This document shows, piece by piece, positions 1 through 8,588 of a stretch of DNA of 39,064 nucleotides; position 1 is the stretch's first letter; each line of letters begins with the position of its first letter. The translations under genes and the position numbers were made by a program. Location of the stretch: positions 1 through 39,064 of the IMG/VR virus record IMGVR_UViG_3300033407_000058; one strand, 5' to 3'. Under the pieces are notes generated by a model. The model did no database searches and was not told where the DNA came from. It saw only the letters and a list, made by a program, of their open reading frames with translations. This stretch comes from a virus. Its lineage: Duplodnaviria; Caudoviricetes.

Positions 1-805
1 TCCCCCCCCCCTAACTATTGCTTCAGCTGAAGGAGTAATCCCGGGGGATAATTATACAGGAGGTGTGGTAGATTCGAGGGCCTCCCCCATACCTATTCAG
101 CCAGCCCCCGGCCCTCCCCTCCCCCCGGTCTACCCCTTTCTCAATCCCCCAGCAGCTCGACTAGCCGTGGTATGGTAGGCGCCTAACACGCGCGCGGTGC
201 GGATGACGATTGCAAATGCCTAACAACCTTGCAGCGGGCTGGGCGGTCATCGGGTGGTTGAAGCGGGTGGGCTGGGGGGTCAGGGAGGTATGGGGTAGCC
301 GGGCGGATAGGGTGGAATTGCCACCCGGTCGGATTTCCGGTCGGGGTAGGTATGTGCGGCCTGGTGGGTATGAGCTATGGTATGTGGGAGGTATGCGGAG
401 GTCCGGGTGGCTGGAAGGAATTCCCACCGGGGGGTTTATATTATTCCGCAATGGAGCATAATCCCGTACGTGTAAGCTTAAAATGTTAGTTGATCCTTAT
501 TTTTTTTTTTTTTCTTACAAGAGATAGGGAGGACTAACTATTAGGGGGGGGTGGGAATACGGCCCCCGAATAGAATAAATGGGGCGGTGAGAATCTCACT
601 CAGCCACACGGGGCAATTCATAGGGCACACATGGGCCGATTGCGCCACATACTCACCCATAGGGGAATTCATACAAAACACATAGCCGCCCGGCGAATCG
701 AACAATTTTCGGGGTTTAGGCCGTTTACCCTTTCGCCGGACTGGGCCGGAGTTGGGTATTTCGGGGTATGCAGAGAAAAAAAACGCATGGGGTGAGAAAT
801 AATTG

Positions 806-834
806 TTGACATTGGGTTGCAGGTCGAATAAATT
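806..834 (+). promoter_or_regulatory. sigma70-type early promoter
   Basis: TTGACA (806-811), 17-bp spacer, TAAATT (829-834), upstream of the first + strand gene. Confidence 0.75.
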
Positions 835-844
835 AGTAGGCATA

Positions 845-879
845 GGATAGAGGATAGAGGATAGAGGATAGAGGATAGA
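845..879 (+). repeat. tandem heptamer repeat (GGATAGA)x5
   Basis: Five perfect copies directly downstream of the promoter. Confidence 0.95.
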
Positions 880-903
880 TTAATTCAACCGGGAGATTGA
901 AAA

Positions 904-1095
904 ATGGCAAACATAACACATTGCATTAAACTCGGCAATATAGTATGCGAGATAGTCGCACCAACTAGCGAGGGTTATCATTGTCGAGCTTTCAACCAGG
1001 ACATTCGGGTAATCATGCGGGATAGCCGGAATGCAACGGTTGTTGAGCGCAACCCGGCTAACGGTCGTATGAGATCATGTCAGGTGAAATTATGA
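904..1095 (+). CDS. early hypothetical protein
   Basis: ATG preceded by GGGAG; first ORF after the promoter. Confidence 0.65.
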   Translation: MANITHCIKLGNIVCEIVAPTSEGYHCRAFNQDIRVIMRDSRNATVVERNPANGRMRSCQVKL

Positions 1096-1169
1096 GATTG
1101 GCAATCGCTATTGCAAACATTTCCCTATTCTATCTCATAGTAGGGATTATCGAGGCACTGCCATACTAA
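1092..1169 (+). CDS. 25-aa hydrophobic mini-protein (not in ORF track)
   Basis: MRLAIAIANISLFYLIVGIIEALPY; ATGA overlap with the upstream stop, AGGTG SD-like sequence. Confidence 0.45.
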   Translation: MRLAIAIANISLFYLIVGIIEALPY

Positions 1170-1190
1170 ACAATCAAATAGGAGAGAGGG

Positions 1191-1418
1191 ATGCGAATAT
1201 ATTTATTAACACAAGCAGAGAACCACAATTTTGATACTTTCAATTCTGCCGTAGTTGTGGCGGATTCATGCGAGGATGCTAGAGCGGTTTTAGTGGAGGA
1301 CCGACGTTTCACGCACGGTACGTGGTGCGAGATAGGAAAAGAGTCTTGCTATGAGATAGGCATAGCGAATGAGGGGGAAATCCGGGGCATTGTGTGTGCC
1401 TCATATAGGGCTGGATAG
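1191..1418 (+). CDS. small phage hypothetical protein
   Basis: AGGAG RBS; SAVVVA..AR, W and GIVCASYRAG pattern recalled from small phage proteins. Confidence 0.75.
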   Translation: MRIYLLTQAENHNFDTFNSAVVVADSCEDARAVLVEDRRFTHGTWCEIGKESCYEIGIANEGEIRGIVCASYRAG

Positions 1419-1549
1419 GGCCGGATAACTCCAATCGAAACAGGCGCCAATTTGCCGTGCGCCTGTCCGGGATAGATTAGCCACTACCCGCCGACGAGAT
1501 AGGCTACCGAGCGGAACAATCCGCAAACAATCAAATGGGAGGCAAAACC

Positions 1550-2050
1550 ATGGCAGCTAACAACAGAGCAATCCAATCAACCATTTCCATCGAAAACGGA
1601 ACATTAACCATTTCGACCGACGCCGGGAACATTCTAGTAACAATCGCAGAGCTCGACAAAACAATCCGGGAGCACGCAATATTGCACGGCCTCAAACAAA
1701 AGATAGTCGATGCAGCGGCAATGCCGAACGGCGCGACTATTGCCGAGAAATTCGCCGCCATGAAGGAAGTAGCAGACCGCCTGACCTCCGACGATCCGAG
1801 CTGGAATAAAGGCAATAGCGGGGGCAGCGGAGTGTCGGGCGGATTGCTATTCCGTGCATTGATTCGCCTCTACCCAACCAAAACTCCGGACGCAATCCGT
1901 GCCTACCTCGACAAACTCGACAAGGCAAAGCAGGCCGCACTTCGCGGCACCTCGGCCATTGCCGCCATGATTGAAACTATCAAATCAGAGGCAATTAAAA
2001 CCGCCGGGATTGATACGGAGGGGTTGTTGGAAGGATTAGACGAGATTTGA
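1550..2050 (+). CDS. hypothetical protein, paralog of 5269-5814
   Basis: GGGAGG RBS before ATG 1550; motifs HGLKQKIVDAAA and LLFRAL; ends IDTEGLLEGL; followed by a terminator. Confidence 0.85.
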   Translation: MAANNRAIQSTISIENGTLTISTDAGNILVTIAELDKTIREHAILHGLKQKIVDAAAMPNGATIAEKFAAMKEVADRLTSDDPSWNKGNSGGSGVSGGLLFRALIRLYPTKTPDAIRAYLDKLDKAKQAALRGTSAIAAMIETIKSEAIKTAGIDTEGLLEGLDEI

Positions 2051-2073
2051 TAGTCCCCCGGCATTACTAACCA

Positions 2074-2112
2074 ATAACCCCCACGGATTTCGATTCGCGG
2101 GGGTTATCTTTT
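2074..2112 (+). terminator. intrinsic terminator
   Basis: Imperfect hairpin ATAACCCC...GGGGTTAT followed by CTTTT. Confidence 0.65.
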
Positions 2113-2554
2113 GCCTACTCAACCCCATTGTTCCAATCGGCCCAATTTGCAACAAAACCGACCCGCCATTCAATTTCCACCGCCCCGCCCATACAATCCC
2201 ATTACTAACGCCGAACGTTGCGCCATAGGCCGATTTTAGCGTTTTCCCGTTCCCGCCGATATTCGCCCTCGGTTTCCATCTCCAATCCTCTAGTCCCCAT
2301 TTCCCCGAACCGGCCCGAATTCAATCAAAACCACCCCGCCACGCGATTTCCTACCCACACCCTATACAATCCCATACCCAACACCAAAAACGTCGTCACG
2401 GGGGCAAATTAGCGTAATCCCATAAACCGCCAACCGATCCGGGTATAATCCAACCAGCCACAAAAGAAATTTATTCCATGACTGGCGCCTATCCTATATC
2501 ATACCACCATTACCAATCATATGTTATCAATTCAATTCAACAAAGGGGGCGGGT

Positions 2555-2779
2555 ATGGAAGATCGAATAGAGCAGGTTCAACGGGCGATAGATAGTCTCC
2601 GGGATGAGACGCTAGTCGAATTAGTAGATTGCGCATTCTGCGAACAATTGAAAATGGGCAAAGGTCTTTGCCCTTCCGCGCAAGAGCACCTGCGCAAGTT
2701 AACCAAGCTGGAGGAATGGGATAAAGAACTGCGAGCGGGAATCGTTCCGGCGGAGATTGGTAATATATTGAACCTTTAA
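2555..2779 (+). CDS. hypothetical protein
   Basis: ORF with G-rich RBS; CxxC motif. Confidence 0.6.
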   Translation: MEDRIEQVQRAIDSLRDETLVELVDCAFCEQLKMGKGLCPSAQEHLRKLTKLEEWDKELRAGIVPAEIGNILNL

Positions 2780-2796
2780 CCGGAGATGTATAAGCC

Positions 2797-2994
2797 ATGT
2801 GCGAGCGAACTAGACAGCGGGAAATTGAAAAATCGAAAGAGGAGTTTCTAGCCCGACTGGCCTTAGAACAGGCCGATGCGGAACGCCGGTTGGCAATGCT
2901 GGCCGCCCTCACACCCGGAGCGAGCTTGCGGCAAGTGGTTAACCGGGTGCTGTTAGCAGAGACCGGTCGGCCGATTCGACGGTATAAGGTTTGA
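2797..2994 (+). CDS. hypothetical protein
   Basis: GGAG RBS; co-oriented with neighbours. Confidence 0.55.
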   Translation: MCERTRQREIEKSKEEFLARLALEQADAERRLAMLAALTPGASLRQVVNRVLLAETGRPIRRYKV

Positions 2995-3065
2995 TCAAAT
3001 AGCGTATAAGCCCCTGTTCGGGGTTTTAAATGACAATGAATTAGAGCAAATAGGAGACAATTAAA

Positions 3066-3476
3066 ATGCAAGAGATTCGATTGAATGGCTGGGTCGCTGA
3101 AGATGAAGATAGGGGCGCAAACCAATATTTTTATTTCGATAAACCCAAAACAGACCAGTTCCATGTGTGGTTTAGTGGTGGTTATTATTTCCGAGTACCG
3201 CTCCGCCTTGACCTCGGCCTGGACCCGAGGCAATCCCTCCGACGGGTAATCGACAACAAGGTGCAAGAGCCGCGACCAGAATTGAAGGTCGACGATCTGG
3301 TGCTGGTTCAACAACAGCCATCGGATACTTGGCAGAAGCGGCATTTCGCCGGATGGGGGGAAGATGGAACTTGCAAAACCTATAAAAACGGCCGAACATC
3401 CTTTACAGCTGCTAATATTGGTGATACGGTATCTTGGTCCTTCTACAAACTCCCGGAGGCTGCCGCCAATGAATGA
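3066..3476 (+). CDS. phage hypothetical protein
   Basis: AGGAG RBS; C-terminal domain VDDLVLV...W.KRHFA...GRTSFT. Confidence 0.75.
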   Translation: MQEIRLNGWVAEDEDRGANQYFYFDKPKTDQFHVWFSGGYYFRVPLRLDLGLDPRQSLRRVIDNKVQEPRPELKVDDLVLVQQQPSDTWQKRHFAGWGEDGTCKTYKNGRTSFTAANIGDTVSWSFYKLPEAAANE

Positions 3477-3672
3477 AAAGCCGAAAGACAAGTCTTATGA
3501 AGCGATAATAGAGTACGGAGGGTATGCGCTGTGTCCAGAGTGTAAATCCCCTATGCTCTATAGCTTTAACCATATCTGTTGCTGTAAACCCGGTTGCGCG
3601 TTACGCGGAGTACGCTTTAAGAGGCCGGCCATCGCGCTGCATCGGCTAGCCGACCCTCAGGAGGAAGTTTAA
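3469..3672 (+). CDS. small Cys-rich (zinc-finger-like) protein
   Basis: GGAGG RBS before ATG 3469; CPEC...CCCKPGC. Confidence 0.6.
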   Translation: MNEKPKDKSYEAIIEYGGYALCPECKSPMLYSFNHICCCKPGCALRGVRFKRPAIALHRLADPQEEV

Positions 3673-4100
3673 TGAAGCCGTCCAAGATTCACCAACAATG
3701 CCAGCAGCTCTGGCTCTTAGCCTTCCACGCCCCGCAGACCCTTCGCTTTTCCTCCCGAAAGGAAACCGAGCGGGCGAAGTTCACGCTGTATGACGCGGTG
3801 CGAACTGCCCGCAGGTCAGGAATCGGTACTCCAGAGCTGCTCAACGCCGTGGCGAATTGTGAAATCTGCCTAGCTCCTGACAAGCTCTCCTTAACCCTGC
3901 AAAACAAATCCGAGAACGCTTTCTTTGGGAATATGCTGAAGCAGCTGGAGGAGAAAGGCTGCAAGGAGGGGGAGGAGGCGGGCAGCCTTGGCGAGCCGTT
4001 CCCAGATATGACCGAGAGCTTGAGGAAGTTGAAAGAGGAGCTGGAAGGCGGGAAGGGAGCAGCGCCCAGCAACCCATACTATAAAAGGGAGGAGCTTTAA
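3672..4100 (+). CDS. hypothetical protein
   Basis: AGGAGG RBS; TAATG coupling to the upstream gene. Confidence 0.75.
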   Translation: MKPSKIHQQCQQLWLLAFHAPQTLRFSSRKETERAKFTLYDAVRTARRSGIGTPELLNAVANCEICLAPDKLSLTLQNKSENAFFGNMLKQLEEKGCKEGEEAGSLGEPFPDMTESLRKLKEELEGGKGAAPSNPYYKREEL

Positions 4101-4102
4101 AG

Positions 4103-4366
4103 ATGGAAACAACAAAAGTGAAAGATTTTCATGTAATTAGACGCAACCACGGTCATTGGGACATTATTGCAGACAAGGGCAGAGCCTTTCGTATTCGTGG
4201 GGGTCCAGGAAGGTACTTGGCTATGGATGAAAGAGCAAAGCCTTATCCAGTGACCCCATTCAAAACAATTGGCACTTGTATGCAATATATCTGTGACGAA
4301 ATGATGTTTGAGATTATTGTCGTTAATGGTCAAGAGCCTACAACCATAGAATCCTGGAATATTTAG
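4103..4366 (+). CDS. hypothetical protein flanked by 15-bp direct repeats
   Basis: GGAGG RBS; visibly more AT-rich than the upstream gene. Confidence 0.75.
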   Translation: METTKVKDFHVIRRNHGHWDIIADKGRAFRIRGGPGRYLAMDERAKPYPVTPFKTIGTCMQYICDEMMFEIIVVNGQEPTTIESWNI

Positions 4367-4387
4367 AACCAGGGAGGAGCTTTAACC

Positions 4388-4837
4388 ATGATTGAACAAT
4401 TCCAAGGAGCTAATCGTTGGCTTAGTAACTTCGCTCCGGTTCAAATAAGAACCGGAAATCGGACATACCCGAGCGTCGAACATGCTTATATGGCGGCAAA
4501 AAGCAACGACGAGAGGCGGAGAGAGACCTGCGCAACTGGAAACCTCGCTCCTGGGCAGATAAAAAGGCTCAGCAGGGGTGTGGTGCTGCGACCTGATTGG
4601 GAATCCTACAAACTAGAAGCAATGGGAGAAGCTCTTAGGATTAAGTTTAACCAAGAGCCTTACAAAAGCTTATTAATCAACACCGGGGAACTTCATATCC
4701 AAGAAGGAAACTATTGGAATGATAGATTCTGGGGGGTGTGCCTTAAGACGGGGCTGGGCGAGAACCACCTTGGGAAGCTGATAATGGAAATTAGAAAAGA
4801 GATTAAGGGGGGAGCTTACGGCGATGCCCAGCGATAA
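4388..4837 (+). CDS. NADAR (YbiA-like) family protein
   Basis: LSNF, YPSVEHAYMAAK, KFNQ, EGNYWNDRFWG and GENHLGKLIMEIR motifs. Confidence 0.9.
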   Translation: MIEQFQGANRWLSNFAPVQIRTGNRTYPSVEHAYMAAKSNDERRRETCATGNLAPGQIKRLSRGVVLRPDWESYKLEAMGEALRIKFNQEPYKSLLINTGELHIQEGNYWNDRFWGVCLKTGLGENHLGKLIMEIRKEIKGGAYGDAQR

Positions 4838-5135
4838 ACTCAAACCACCTGACAACTTTCCGGAATATTTCCAGCTTCCATTCGCGCGCGGTCTTGGGAA
4901 ATGGTGGCTACTATCTTCCGAGGACAAGCAGCCTTGTCTAGCCCTGGCCAGGAAGTACCGCGCGTTTCTCAAATCCATCCCGCTGTACCCCTTGCATCCG
5001 CTCAACCGCGCAATGGCTGATAAGCAATACCGGACGAAAGTTGAGCAGCAGAGAAATGGGGAATGGTCTTTGTTTATCATTGTCAATAGCAAAATTGATT
5101 GGGACGGAATAATGGAAGAAATAGAAAATAAATAA
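4824..5135 (+). CDS. hypothetical protein
   Basis: GGAG RBS; overlaps the end of the NADAR gene. Confidence 0.65.
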   Translation: MPSDKLKPPDNFPEYFQLPFARGLGKWWLLSSEDKQPCLALARKYRAFLKSIPLYPLHPLNRAMADKQYRTKVEQQRNGEWSLFIIVNSKIDWDGIMEEIENK

Positions 5136-5166
5136 AACATCCAACAACCGGGCCGAATTTTTTCCA

Positions 5167-5195
5167 TTGCAAAGCTGAACGGGAATTGTTAATTT
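5167..5195 (+). promoter_or_regulatory. possible sigma70 promoter
   Basis: TTGCAA-17-TAATTT in the intergenic region upstream of 5269. Confidence 0.4.
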
Positions 5196-5268
5196 GTTTG
5201 TTAATGATTGACCGGGGGACTTTCCCCAAGCTACCAACGCAACACAACAACTTCAAGGGAGAATCAAA

Positions 5269-5814
5269 ATGATCGCACCAGTTAAAGAATTAGTCCAGAT
5301 GGAAGATGGCCGGGAAGTAGAATTCGTCGGCGCGAAAAAGAAAATGGGGAAGGAAGTCTTGTCCGTTGACGGGCAGGTGCAAGTTCGCTTCGATTTCCGC
5401 AACGGCGCAACCCGCACCTTCATCGCGCCCGACTCCCTGATCAACGTCCTTGCCGCGCACGGCGCAGAGCAGAAAATCGGCGACGCCACAGCCGGGGTTG
5501 GTGAGATCGACGACTGCGTTCTGGCCGTTGAGGATATGATCAAGCGCTTGGAAGCCGGCGAATGGTCGGTCAAGCGGGAATCCAGCGGAATGGCTGGCAC
5601 CTCTATCCTCATCCGCGCCCTGGTCGAATACTCCGGCAAGGACGTTGAGGCCATCAAAGGATATCTGGCCGACAAAACCCAGGCGCAGAAACTCGCCCTC
5701 CGAAGCAACCCAGCGGTTAAGGTTATTGTGGACAGGCTTGAAGCGGAGAAAGCCGCTAACAAGAAAGGTCCGCAGATCGACACCGACGCACTGCTCGGAG
5801 AGCTCAGCAACTAA
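5269..5814 (+). CDS. hypothetical protein, paralog of 1550-2050
   Basis: GGGGAG RBS; motifs HGAEQKIGDATA and ILIRAL; ends IDTDALLGEL; followed by a terminator. Confidence 0.88.
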   Translation: MIAPVKELVQMEDGREVEFVGAKKKMGKEVLSVDGQVQVRFDFRNGATRTFIAPDSLINVLAAHGAEQKIGDATAGVGEIDDCVLAVEDMIKRLEAGEWSVKRESSGMAGTSILIRALVEYSGKDVEAIKGYLADKTQAQKLALRSNPAVKVIVDRLEAEKAANKKGPQIDTDALLGELSN

Positions 5815-5862
5815 TCTCCCCGTCCCCACACAGCAACCCCAGGCAACTTGCCTGGCTCCCGG

Positions 5863-5908
5863 CCCCCACGCAGTAGGATTTGCCTCCCAGACTGCGTGGG
5901 GGTTTTTT
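5863..5908 (+). terminator. intrinsic terminator
   Basis: CCCCCACGCAGT / ACTGCGTGGGGG 12-bp stem followed by T6. Confidence 0.85.
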
Positions 5909-5966
5909 GTTTGCATCGCAGATAGCGCAGTTATTTTATAGGCTGGTCGGATTATGGTTGAATTAT

Positions 5967-6004
5967 TTTCCCCGTGGATTAATATATAATAATTCAACGG
6001 GAAA
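5967..6004. promoter_or_regulatory. paired palindromic box element 1
   Basis: TTTCCCCGTGGATT-AATATATAAT-AATTCAACGGGAAA. Confidence 0.7.
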
Positions 6005-6047
6005 ATCAATTTCCGAATAATAACAACCAGTTAAATGGGAGGCACCC

Positions 6048-6539
6048 ATGGTCAGTCACCGCGAATTACTCCACAGCTTCACTCAGCCCCTCTCCGACCT
6101 TCCCCTTATCGACTTGCCGACAGAAGGGGAACCATCCGACGACGACTTCGCAGAGTTAGATGCGATGATCGCCAAAGCGCAGTACGAATCCCCCCAGGCC
6201 AAGAACAAGGCCAAGTTGCAGAAGTTTCAAGAGAGGTTAGCGGAGGAAGGCTGCCGGGCGCAGAGCTTTCGACTGAAGGCGGGGGTTGTGGTATGGCTGC
6301 ATATCGAGTGCAAATGCGGCAACAAGCTGCCCTTGTTGTTCCAACGGAATATGGAGAAGTGGCAATTTGGCAGCTCCATTCATTGGAAAACGGTGGAGGA
6401 GTTTGATAAAGGGCTGGAGGACGGGCGAATCAGCAATGCAATTATCAGACGCGAAGTTTGCTTCTGCGAACGCTGCACCCCGATGGTCGGGGAAGTTGGA
6501 GAGTTTAAAGAAATAGTTAAAGGAGAACAAGAAAGATGA
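6048..6539 (+). CDS. hypothetical protein, possibly zinc-binding
   Basis: GGGAGG RBS; CKCG and CERC motifs. Confidence 0.75.
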   Translation: MVSHRELLHSFTQPLSDLPLIDLPTEGEPSDDDFAELDAMIAKAQYESPQAKNKAKLQKFQERLAEEGCRAQSFRLKAGVVVWLHIECKCGNKLPLLFQRNMEKWQFGSSIHWKTVEEFDKGLEDGRISNAIIRREVCFCERCTPMVGEVGEFKEIVKGEQER

Positions 6540-7003
6540 ATATTGAAGTGGAAGAAGGCTACGAGCTGCTGGCGGAGGTGTTGACGGAAGCACTGAACCA
6601 AGCTCAACACGGAAAAGGGAAGCAATGCCACGGGAACGGAAGGCCCTTTCTGGAGCAACCGATTATGGTTGGCGCAAGGGAAGTTGGCGCAGGGGGCTTG
6701 GCCTTTCAATCCAGGAAAAAGATCTTGGAGGCGACCAACTGCAAGGATGGCGGGAGGGCGATAGAGGACCTGCTAGGGGCGATAAACTATTGCGCTGCGC
6801 AGATTATCCTGCGGAGGGAGGGGAGGCAAACGAGGAAAGAAGTCGGGCCGATTGCTCAGGAAGCGCAAAAAGTAGAAGGAAGAACCTGCAAAACCTGTGG
6901 CTATCTCTACTTCTCCATAGAGAGCTGTCCGCTTTGCGCTTTCGACACTATCTCTTTTAATAGAGGAGAAGCAGCTGAAAAGAAGGAGCCGACCGATGGC
7001 TAG
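6536..7003 (+). CDS. phage protein with possible all-alpha nucleotide-pyrophosphatase-like domain and C-terminal Zn ribbon
   Basis: GKGKQCH...F..QPI...Q..KK..E...LLGAINY pattern; CKTC...CPLC. Function tentative. Confidence 0.55.
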   Translation: MNIEVEEGYELLAEVLTEALNQAQHGKGKQCHGNGRPFLEQPIMVGAREVGAGGLAFQSRKKILEATNCKDGGRAIEDLLGAINYCAAQIILRREGRQTRKEVGPIAQEAQKVEGRTCKTCGYLYFSIESCPLCAFDTISFNRGEAAEKKEPTDG

Positions 7004-7190
7004 ACCAAGGAAAGCAATTCGCCCGGTGGAGAAGAGCATCTCCCTGCCGGAGGATATCGTAACCAGGATCGACTTGTTGCTGTTTTCGGAGCTGGAAGGG
7101 AGGGTCCCGCACGGCGCCTGGAGCCGGTATGTATCGGGGCTGATTCGGCAGGACTTAGAAGGAGGCAAGCATAATGAGCAAGAACGGTAG
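6996..7190 (+). CDS. ribbon-helix-helix DNA-binding protein
   Basis: MARPRK, beta-strand KSISLPE, then two helices (..SRYVSGLIRQDL); AGGAG RBS. Confidence 0.7.
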   Translation: MARPRKAIRPVEKSISLPEDIVTRIDLLLFSELEGRVPHGAWSRYVSGLIRQDLEGGKHNEQER

Positions 7191-8583
7191 AGCAATGGAC
7201 AGAGCGCAGGCCCGATGGGATGCAATGGCGCCGGAGGACGGGCCTTTAGCAGATCTGGAGAATTGGGAAGAGGGGGCGAAAGCGGAAGTAGAAACCAAAT
7301 TCTCCAGCCTCAATCCCGAACAATCCGCTGCCGTCGGCCTTATGCTGGATTTTCTCGCAGATCCTTCTGGCAACTACTTCCTCCTTTCCGGCTCAGCCGG
7401 CACTGGCAAGACTTATTGCCTACAGGCGTTTGTGGAAAATACTAGCAAGAAGATAGTCTTCACCGCGCCGACCAACAAGGCAACTAAGGTCCTCCGCGAA
7501 ACCCTAACCACCGAAGACTATTCCCCAATCTGCCGGACCATCTATTCCCTCCTGGGCCTCAAGCTCGAACCATCCGGGAAGGTTAAGAAACTCGTCGCAC
7601 CAGAGAATCCAATCGACCTCAAAGACCACCGTATCATCGTAATAGACGAAGTAAGTATGGTCAACAAGCTCCTCTGGCGGGAGATCCAATCAGCCGTTGA
7701 GCAGTTTCAACTAAAAATAATCCTTATGGGGGATAGTAATCAGCTCCCGCCGGTCAACGAAAAGGCTTCTATGGTCTGGGGGCAAGCAGACATTTCTGCT
7801 GAGCTGCAACAAGTAATGCGATTCGATAACCAGATCCTCGCCCTCGCCAATCGGATCAAATCCCAAGTCAACCATCCTGCCCCATCTATCTCCTTCCCCA
7901 ATGATAATGATGAAATCGAAGGAGTGTGGCTGTTGGAAGCTCCGGCCTTCCGCGCAGAAATCATCCAGCAAGCCCGGCTCGGTAACTTCTCCCGCTCAGA
8001 GGGGCAAGTCAAAGCCATCGCCTGGAGGAATGTTACTGTAGATAGCCTCAACGACCTTATCCGCGCGCAGCTCTTCGACAACGCCGCCTCCGAGCGTTGG
8101 TTACCGGGCGACCGGGTGCTGCTAACCTCCCCAGCCAACGACGTTCTGCGAGAGGGGAAGGTTACAATTGGCCATACGGATGATGAAGGAGAAATCGAGC
8201 GCATAACCATCGCCAGCCATCCCATCTATCCCAACTTCAAGTGTTACAACATATCCCTGATAACCGACGAAAACAAGCGGATAAGTCTATGGGTCTTGCA
8301 TCCCGATTCCACAATCGACGAGCAGATCCATTCCCACAACCTCGCCAATGAAGCGAAGCTAGCCCCCCGGCGCTGGCGGGATTTCTGGCAATTCAAGGAC
8401 GCCTTTCATTCCATCAAGCATGCCTATGCAATAACCGCGCACCGGGCACAGGGTAGCACCTATGACACCGCCTTTGTAGTCTGGAATGATATATTGCTGA
8501 ATCGGAATAGGGGGGAGGCTTATCGGTGCCTTTATGTCGCCTGCACTAGGCCGAAGAAGCGGCTTTATCTGGGGAGGGTATAA
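7174..8583 (+). CDS. SF1B DNA helicase (Dda/RecD-like)
   Basis: GSAGTGKT, APTNKA, IDEVSMV, GDSNQLPPV, YAITAHRAQGSTY, YVACTR. Confidence 0.93.
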   Translation: MSKNGRAMDRAQARWDAMAPEDGPLADLENWEEGAKAEVETKFSSLNPEQSAAVGLMLDFLADPSGNYFLLSGSAGTGKTYCLQAFVENTSKKIVFTAPTNKATKVLRETLTTEDYSPICRTIYSLLGLKLEPSGKVKKLVAPENPIDLKDHRIIVIDEVSMVNKLLWREIQSAVEQFQLKIILMGDSNQLPPVNEKASMVWGQADISAELQQVMRFDNQILALANRIKSQVNHPAPSISFPNDNDEIEGVWLLEAPAFRAEIIQQARLGNFSRSEGQVKAIAWRNVTVDSLNDLIRAQLFDNAASERWLPGDRVLLTSPANDVLREGKVTIGHTDDEGEIERITIASHPIYPNFKCYNISLITDENKRISLWVLHPDSTIDEQIHSHNLANEAKLAPRRWRDFWQFKDAFHSIKHAYAITAHRAQGSTYDTAFVVWNDILLNRNRGEAYRCLYVACTRPKKRLYLGRV

Positions 8584-8588
8584 CAGCT

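Noticed and set aside
161-843. ORFs 161-451(-), 210-461(+) and 541-843(-)
   Set aside because: Low-complexity translations of skewed sequence with no convincing RBS or motifs
2532-3491. 319-aa minus-strand ORF
   Set aside because: Antisense to three + strand genes with plausible RBSs; no motifs
5967-6004. Paired boxes as CRISPR repeats or dif/lox-type recombination sites
   Set aside because: They are dispersed rather than arrayed with spacers; each half is itself palindromic; the geometry differs from dif (11-6-11) and loxP (13-8-13); no site-specific recombinase seen
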